Positions 35,664 to 43,036 of a stretch of 43,036 nt of DNA are shown here, in pieces. How positions within the stretch are numbered: the first letter of the stretch is position 1; each line of letters opens with the position of its first letter. Below the pieces are notes generated by a model. It had not been told where the DNA came from. It saw only the letters and a program-made list of their open reading frames with translations, and searched no databases. A program made the translations under genes and the position numbers. The DNA is from Kudoa neothunni (lineage: Eukaryota > Animalia > Cnidaria). Location of the stretch: the NCBI GenBank assembly GCA_964304625.1, contig OZ199838.1:15742781-15785816 (forward strand). The letters are read 5' to 3'.

Positions 35664-37302
35664 GTGTAACAGATCATAGATTCTAGAATTGCCTTGTATA
35701 TATCGATCCTCTGACCTATGCAATTTGATGAATTAAATATTTTATTTTGTATTAATAATGGCGATATTTGTCAAACATAAAGCTCTATAATCAAAATAAT
35801 TAAGTTTATATGGTCTTAGAAATAATAAAAGTAATTATCTCATTTAAATTCAACTGTGATACATGACCTTTTAATTTTTTCACTAAAGTCAAAAAGATTT
35901 ACATTTATTAATTTTAATTTTCGCACCCTTACCACTTATGAGGACAACTCCACACCTCTTTCCCAAAAAGAAATTGTAAAATGGATTTAGTTTCAGGCGG
36001 GAAAAATATTTTTACAAAAATTACGTAAAAAAGATAAATACAACTGTTAATAAATTAAATGTTTCGACTTTTTCCAATTCTTTTTTGACAACAAATAAGT
36101 CGATGCGAAACTCATTTATTACATAAAGGTAAGTGTAAATTATAAATTAATGTAGTGGTTATTTAATGTTTTAGTGTAAAATATCGTATTCTGCACTAAC
36201 GCCCATGCGCAGGCGTTTAAATATTGTAATTTAAATCTAAATCAGGAAAATAAACATGCTTCCCAATCTCGAAAACAAAGTTTTAGTTTATATAATTTTT
36301 AAGTGAAAATTTACTCAAACAAATTCTAAAAAATTCTAAAAAATTTCATATTAAAACGAATAAAACTATAATTTTTACTTCCCTTACAGTTTATTTAAAA
36401 AGATCAATAATACATTTTTAAGAATTTCACCTGTTTAAAAGCGTTTTTAGTCTATATGTTTTACATTAGGAACTAAGTGTTTAATAAATGTTTAATTTTA
36501 GACTACTTTACATTTTAATTTAAATAAATTTATTTACGAATGAATAAGAAAAAAATTATCAATTTTGTTTTATATACTAATAAATCGAAATAGTAAATTA
36601 CTTATAAGTAAAATACATCCAATGACGTTTGTTTACCTGATTTATTGCAGCTTCTATTTCACACATGCTATACTTTCAAGATAGATTCCAAATACATAGA
36701 ATCAGTACCTTAACATCTGAAGCATGCTCGGACATACACCCTTTTCATTGACTCAAGGTATGAGTCTCGGACTCCCAGTAACCTTATACTTGACTTTTAA
36801 GAGGTCCGGCAAGGAATTTGTTACCAAGGTGATTATTAGTAATCAACCGTTTAGTATTCCTAGTTCGATATATATCGTAGCTTTTAATAATATGGCCTCT
36901 ATGCATGCAGCTAACAGAATTGCTTGAATTATAATAAAAATAAAAACGATGTCATGTTTTCCACTGTGGTTATTTTCGGTTGTTTTTTTATCCAAAATCA
37001 ACATTAGGCGGGAAATCAACATGAATATTGTCATAAGGTTTTTTAAATTATTTTTGCTTGACTAAAAATATCCACGAAATCAACCCATTTACAATGTAAC
37101 TAAATCTTTGTATGTATATATACGATTTTAATCCCAGCAACTCTTACTCACACGTTGTATACAAAGCTAATTTTTTAATAATTGCTGAATAATATTTATC
37201 GAGGCTCATAATTATTCGTTCATATTTATTATATATAATAGACACTAATATTTTTATACAAGCATTTTAATATTGCACGAGTTTTCCCGACACAAATCGA
37301 AA

Positions 37303-38495
37303 ATGAGTTCCATATCGAGTCAGGAGTCCCACTTATTTTCTGTTAGCGAAGAAGACGACGATGTAGATGATACTTTTTTTATTGATAAGGGGGATGATGA
37401 GGAACCAGAATTATCGTCCAAATTCCAACAAGAACAATACGATGTGGGTTTAGGCGCTATTTGGTTATTTGCGTATATTTCGTGTGATAGGCAAAAATCA
37501 GGATAGCCGAATTGGAACAGCGGAATCTGGCAGATAAGACCTGGAAAATGAGTGGAGAAACGTGGGCCAACAATCGTGATAAAGGAAGTCTTATTGATGA
37601 GCATTTGACTTTTCAGTATGGAAAGATTGCTGGTAAGCTTTGATATTATTTTTGTGTTAGATATTCTCTTTTTAATTCAAAAAAATTAAAGCACCAACCA
37701 TAACGAATGATGTTACAAAAAAAATCGAAAAAATTATCATTCAACGAATCAAGGATAAAACCTTTGATGATGTTGAACGCAAGAGAAAAATGGAAACCGA
37801 TGTTGCAGCGTATAGACTGCCTGTTGTGGTTAGTTCGGAAAAAAGTAAAGAATCCCTAGCAACCATCTACGAGAAGGAATACTTGAGCAAAGCACAGGGA
37901 GAGGACACCGCTACTAATAATAACAACCAACTCCACGATCACATTAGAGCTAGTATCGATGAAGTATTTCGAAAATTGGATACTTTGACCAATCTCAATT
38001 ATACTCCTAAGATGGTAAGCAATTGTGTGTGTGTGTGTGTGTGTGTGCGAGTAAGTTATTGTTGGTTAATAGCCCAAGGTTGAGGTGGCCGTGACAACAA
38101 ACTATCCCACAATTTCAATGGAAGAACCTGCTCCTGTCACACTCAAATCTTCAACTACATTTGCGCCTGAAGAAATTCATGCTAAAAATCGTGATGAATT
38201 AGTCGCCAAGAATGATCTAACTAAAGAAGAGAAGACGCGTGCTCTTCGCAAGAAGAAAACTCAGCGTATGAGGAAAAATAAACTCAAAGAGATGATTGAG
38301 AGTAGACGTCAGGCCGGTGGAAAATTGATTTCGAAAACAGCGGCAATAACCAAACTCAAGAAAGTTAACTCATTAAAAATTCGCGTTGATGGCTCTGCTC
38401 AACCGAAAAAAGCATCTAAGCAAAATTCCAATACCAAGGAGTACTCTTCGTCCACCTCATTCTTCAAGAAACTTCAAACTATGAACGATCCTTAG
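37303..38495 (+). CDS. MPP10: U3 snoRNP protein MPP10, short form (~340 aa), 4 exons
   Basis: Exons 37303-37443, 37491-37632, 37692-38013, 38073-38495, all in phase: IAELEQRNLADKTWKMSGE, APTIT...IIQRIKDKTFDDVERK, EKSKESLATIYEKEY, KLDTLTNLNYTPK, ISMEEPAP, APEEI, SSTSFFKKLQ. Confidence 0.92.
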
Positions 38496-38549
38496 TGTTT
38501 TTTGAAAATTGATGTAGAATTTGTATTAAATAGTTTTTGTTAGTTTAAA

Positions 38550-39017
38550 TTTATTTTTTCTGAGCGCAATAATCATTAGTCTAGTTTGGATGATGTTTAA
38601 TCGGCCATTTAACTTTTATCGTTCTCGTTTTTTGAAATAAATTACGTTCGAGATTAGATGGTGCGTGATAATAAATTTTGGACACGGTTCTTTTTAGTGT
38701 ACCGAGCGTTAATGGGGTTCAATCAAACTTCCGACTACATTGCTACGCATTTTATACACGCTAATTGAAGCTAAGTCTCTATTAAATCCTATAATTCTCT
38801 TCGAACCATTTTTTAGATAGAAACTAAAATATTATGAGTATTGAGTTCTAGTTTACGGTACAACAAATACAGTAATGGCCCACTCGGTCGCAATCCCCTT
38901 ACGACAGCGCAAAAAGGTAGGAACTAGTGATTCAAATCGGTTTGTTCGGGATCTGCTGATAATGCGTAAATGAATAAAATGGGGTGTGTGTTGACTCCTT
39001 GCAGCTTGTAAAGTCAT
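38550..39017 (-). CDS. Possible small spliced gene convergent with MPP10 (weak RNase H2 subunit C-like flavour)
   Basis: An ATG plus GT-AG intron-like segments; fragments FLPF, GDCDRVGHYF, NVVGSLIE. It needs several frameshifts, so the identity is unsupported. Confidence 0.2.
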
Positions 39018-39388
39018 TTTTAAAGTTAAAAAGTTAAGTTTATTTGATTTTATTAATTGGTCCAATAATAAAAAATTTTAATTGTTTTTACCATCTTTAT
39101 AACAAATTGTTGAAAGAAAAATTCAATTTTTTTTCGAATTAATTCTAAATATATTTCCTCCTCTTATTACTAAATTTAATCTTATTGACATTATGTGGTA
39201 AGAAAATTAAAATTTATTTGTTTAACCTAATCAAATCCTAATATAAAAGCTAAAAAGGTGTTTTATTTATAAATAACTATATATAATGTGGCTTCTGATG
39301 TAATTAAGACAATAATAATGTTCTCGCAATTTTTCGCCATACTTTGCATAGTTTTTTGTTTTGCTTTTCTTTGCATTTTAGCTATTAG

Positions 39389-40711
39389 CCCTCCAAGCCT
39401 GTGTGGAGTCCATTGGTCCCCAACGCAAATGTCTGGCCAATCTACAGCCCATCTGTGACTCAAAATAGGTTAATAACCAATATTATTCCGTTAAAATGCA
39501 ATATTAATTTATAACCTTTGTTCAAAAATTATGAGGAATTTTTTTTCCATCGCAAATTAACAATTACTTACACCACGTCGTTTTTGAGGTCCAATGGATC
39601 CCGCGATTTTCTTTAATAAAATGAAAGTAAAAATTAATTTATACGATTTTTTAACTTTTAGGAGAATTCTACCGAATAAATATTAAATAAATAACTAAAT
39701 CCGACAAAAGTGACGCTAACGCGACGTCTCTATAAGCATGCCATCCTTGTCCGGATACAGCCATAACTCCTCAAATTATGATGGCTCTTATACCGATTAT
39801 TCAATTTATGACGAGTCTTCATCATTTTTTATAGTATCGTATTGTAGAAAACATTCAAAAACACATGTGATAACTGTTATATGAAATAATCACTGTTTAC
39901 TATCATTTCGCGTATTTCTTCGTAATATTAGATATTAGATTGTGTTGTTTATAAGAAGATAAATTGACATAAAGTAATTAAATTGTTTTAATTATTGGCT
40001 TGAATAAAAACACAAAAATACAGTCATATTCCAAGGTAACGTATCAATATGTGATTTTGCGGATCCTCAAGCAGGACATAATCTTAATAATAATTGACCG
40101 TTTATACATAATCCAAAAGATGAATTTTTCTCATACTTTGTCTGACGATACTAACTTTTGTTTAATACAATTTTGTGAAATAAAAACGCGGAGTATATTT
40201 CTACCTCATTTTTATTTGGAGGGTATAGATTTTTCAGCTACTAATAGGGTAAATAATACGTGTCGTTCTTTATGAATCCTTATTTAATAAAAATTTGTTG
40301 TGTGCAAATCATACGCTAAAAGTTAATAAAACTAGCCAATTTTAATAATTCATTGACGACTGCTTTACGTATTGTATGTTGAGTTACTTGTAAAGCTGTA
40401 TAAATACTTTTCCTCCCCAAATATTTTATTATGGTTAATTAACTTAAACATATATTGTTATAACTATGAAAACTAATCCAATTCCAATATATACGCAGAA
40501 AAAAACACATTTCCAATCATCGGATACAATCGGAAATTATCGATTATGTAGTATTCTTAGATTTTTTCCTTATTCATTCGGTAGAATTATTTTTTTATTA
40601 TAAATTGTGAACCAATATGATTTTATCAACTAAAATAAACAATAAAAAAGTGGAGTCCATTGGATCCCAAAAACGACGTGGTGTATAGGCGATTTTGACT
40701 TGCTTGGAGGA
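39389..40711. mobile_element. Non-autonomous piggyBac-type element
   Basis: TTAG|CCCTCCAAGC ... GCTTGGAGGA|TTAA; internal inverted repeat TACACCACGTCGTTTTTG..GTCCAATGGA at 39569-39602 / 40652-40685. Confidence 0.8.
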
Positions 40712-41636
40712 TTAAAAATGTATTATAATGACCGAAATCATAGAAAACACTTTTTATATTAAATATTTTAAAACAGTGGAAGAAGTTAGACACAGAAACA
40801 CATAATGTGTGAAGTCATGTTACAGATGTTCAGAGAAGAGTCAGATGAGTTGAGAATAAATTTATTAATTTGCAATGATAATAATGATAAACTTTTCATC
40901 TATATGCGAGGGAATCGTAAATAAGTGGATAACTTTTAATGCGTAGTTTTTCATTAATCCTATAAAGTCAGGCAAATATATTATATATTATATACTATAT
41001 ACTATAAACTATAAAATGATTTTATCGAATCGCGAGAAATTAACTTAATTTTTCAATAAAAATTTTACAGAATATGACAAAAAATAAATATAACCGATAA
41101 GATAGATTTCCATAATTATGTTAAAACAAATATGAGATGGATATTATTTTTAATTTTAATTGTTCTAATTAAATCATATTCAGTTGCGGAGACATTTTTT
41201 ATCCTTATCTAAAAATTTAAATGCGAATATTTTATGTAGTTTTTAATCAAATTAAATTTAAAAAATAAGATAATATTTTATATAATATAGTTTAATCGAT
41301 ATAATAATGCAAAATCTAATTTTTCAGAGTGCATATTGGGTTAATAATGAATTTCAATATAAGAACTATCCTTACACATAGAAATTAATAGTAAAGGAAC
41401 CGACCAAGCTTTCCTAGAAACAATTGGTGGTTACATATTGTACAAATTTATATACATCATTATTTGTCTATACGTAATCGTAATAAGACGTATTTAATTT
41501 GGTAATTAAACGTCAGATTATTTTGTCGAATTTTTATTACAAACATAAAAGTATTTAAGAGTTGATATTTGAGTTGGAGCGGCAATAAATACAAAACTGA
41601 GTGAATTTTTTATAAGATGATGATATAATGGAATTT

Positions 41637-42551
41637 TTATGCTTCGTTTTCTGGTAACACTATTTCTAGCGTCGCTCGACCTCTTCTTCTGGCCAGCAGA
41701 GACGAGTCTCCAATCGGTAATACAATTTGGGGGTTACATTGGTTATTATCGGGATTACCTACAAATCAACATTTAAAATGAATTTACAACAAATTTTAAA
41801 GTAGAAATATGCGTTGAAATGGACTTACCAGACGAAAGACAAAATTTCTCCTTGACGCATACGCCATGTGCAATGTCATATGAATCCTTATTCTATATGG
41901 AAATAATTACTAAGATGCTTAAATAAAATTTAGTGTTCTTAAAATAGTCGGATAATTCGATAAACTTACCGTCGAAGAACTCTTGAGATGATTTGGAATC
42001 ATATGAAGGTTAAAACGGTGTTCGATAACCTATTATTGGTTAAAAATTAGTTTCAATAAATCTCATGTTACCTTACAAGGTACACAGTATGCTGGATACT
42101 TGATGGTAGTTACTGTACAAGTTTATTTAAAAATACAACTAAAATACTCAATCAAGTACCTTTGTATCCGGAACATTCCCCATGCACTCCACAATATCCA
42201 CGATGAGCATGATAATCGCTGACAATCCCATTCAAATTTTTTAAGGCCTCTTTGATTAGACCAAGCTATAAATTTTTTAAATAAAAAAAGTAATATAAAA
42301 TTACTCTAGCTGGGCTTTTCAAATAATATTTATGTTTCAACATCAAAGTTAATGTATGCCTCATTTGACACTTGGCATCATCTCCCAAATAAATCTTTAA
42401 AAGTTAATGAAATAATGTTCTAAACCAAATATAATTACTCCAATCTCTTGGAAGGTTTTTCTAATATTAACAGCAACTAAACCAAATTAGAAACGATACC
42501 CTTACGTTTTATACAAAGAACAAGCAATAACAAATTCAGTAGTGAACCCAT
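41637..42551 (-). CDS. Orphan secreted cysteine-rich protein, 8 exons; not in the ORF track
   Basis: Seven GT-AG introns splice in phase: MGSLLNLLLLVLCIK|LAVNIRKTFQEIG|IYLGDDAKCQMRHTLTLMLKHKYYLKSPAR|LGLIKEALKNLNGIVSDYHAHRGYCGVHGECSGYK|VTTIKYPAYCVPCK|VIEHRFNLHMIPNHLKSSST|NKDSYDIAHGVCVKEKFCLSS|GNPDNNQCNP...; hydrophobic N-terminus. Confidence 0.72.
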
Positions 42552-43036
42552 ATTTCAGTCAAATATACCAAGATGATTATGATGAAATCTCCTTTTATAT
42601 CATGCTATCGTATAATTCAAGTTTTTACGTTTAAAAAAAGATAACGCCACAATTATTAAAGATAAAACATTGAATAAATTTCAATAACTTATTTATATTG
42701 TATATGCATATCAATTACACGAGTTTTTATAGAAGGTTTAGATATTGTTTGAATAGGGGGTTTTTATTCTCACACAATATAATATAACATTACCTTATTC
42801 TTTTATGATTTAAACAATCTTTTTTATTTAAATAATGATACATAGTGTATATAGCAAGTCTTAATAACTGTACGTTTGTGTGTACAAATCCTATGTTTAG
42901 ACGAAGTCACATTAGAATGTTAGAAATGTTAGGTATAGTTTAAAATGGCAAAAATTATTTTCGTGATAAATTTTAATCCAGATATATATGTACGGATGCA
43001 TAATTTAAATTTTTAATCCCAGATTTTTACTGATAT

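Noticed and set aside
38580-38710. Sm-site snRNA or SL RNA (AAATTTTGG plus hairpin)
   Set aside because: No recognisable U1/U2/U4/U5 motif, the Sm-like word is common in AT-rich DNA, and the region may be exonic on the minus strand.
41132-41460. Signal-peptide-like ORF MRWILFLILIVLIKSYS on plus
   Set aside because: Stops after 26 codons and I could not splice it to a continuous frame; at most a gene remnant.

Overview
Eukaryotic, AT-rich DNA that looks like a compact, fast-evolving animal genome; a parasite such as a myxozoan is a guess, not established. Introns are short GT-AG (mostly 40-90 nt) with very degenerate donors, so the ORF track misses most genes. Splicing by eye gives six recognisable genes: L-gulonolactone oxidase family (GULO, 13 exons), U1A/U2B''(SNF), THOC3, a two-RRM hnRNP A/B-DAZAP1/Musashi-type protein, NAA40/NatD (absent from the ORF track) and a short MPP10. 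It also gives three orphan-like genes: a small-exon LRR gene, a tail-anchored coiled-coil protein and a secreted Cys-rich protein. The spacers are full of DNA transposons: several Merlin (IS1595/ISXO2), piggyBac, pogo/Tigger, hAT and a Helitron fragment. Most interesting: (1) heat-shock-element arrays followed by a TATA box inside two different Merlin elements; (2) Merlin elements whose interiors look like small-exon cargo, including a 1.48 kb element with ~230 bp TIRs and an 8 bp TSD; (3) a GULO with Ala in place of the FAD-linking His and five 1-nt frameshifts; (4) a candidate poison exon in the hnRNP gene. Single-base indels in homopolymers recur even in essential genes, so many frameshifts here are probably assembly errors.
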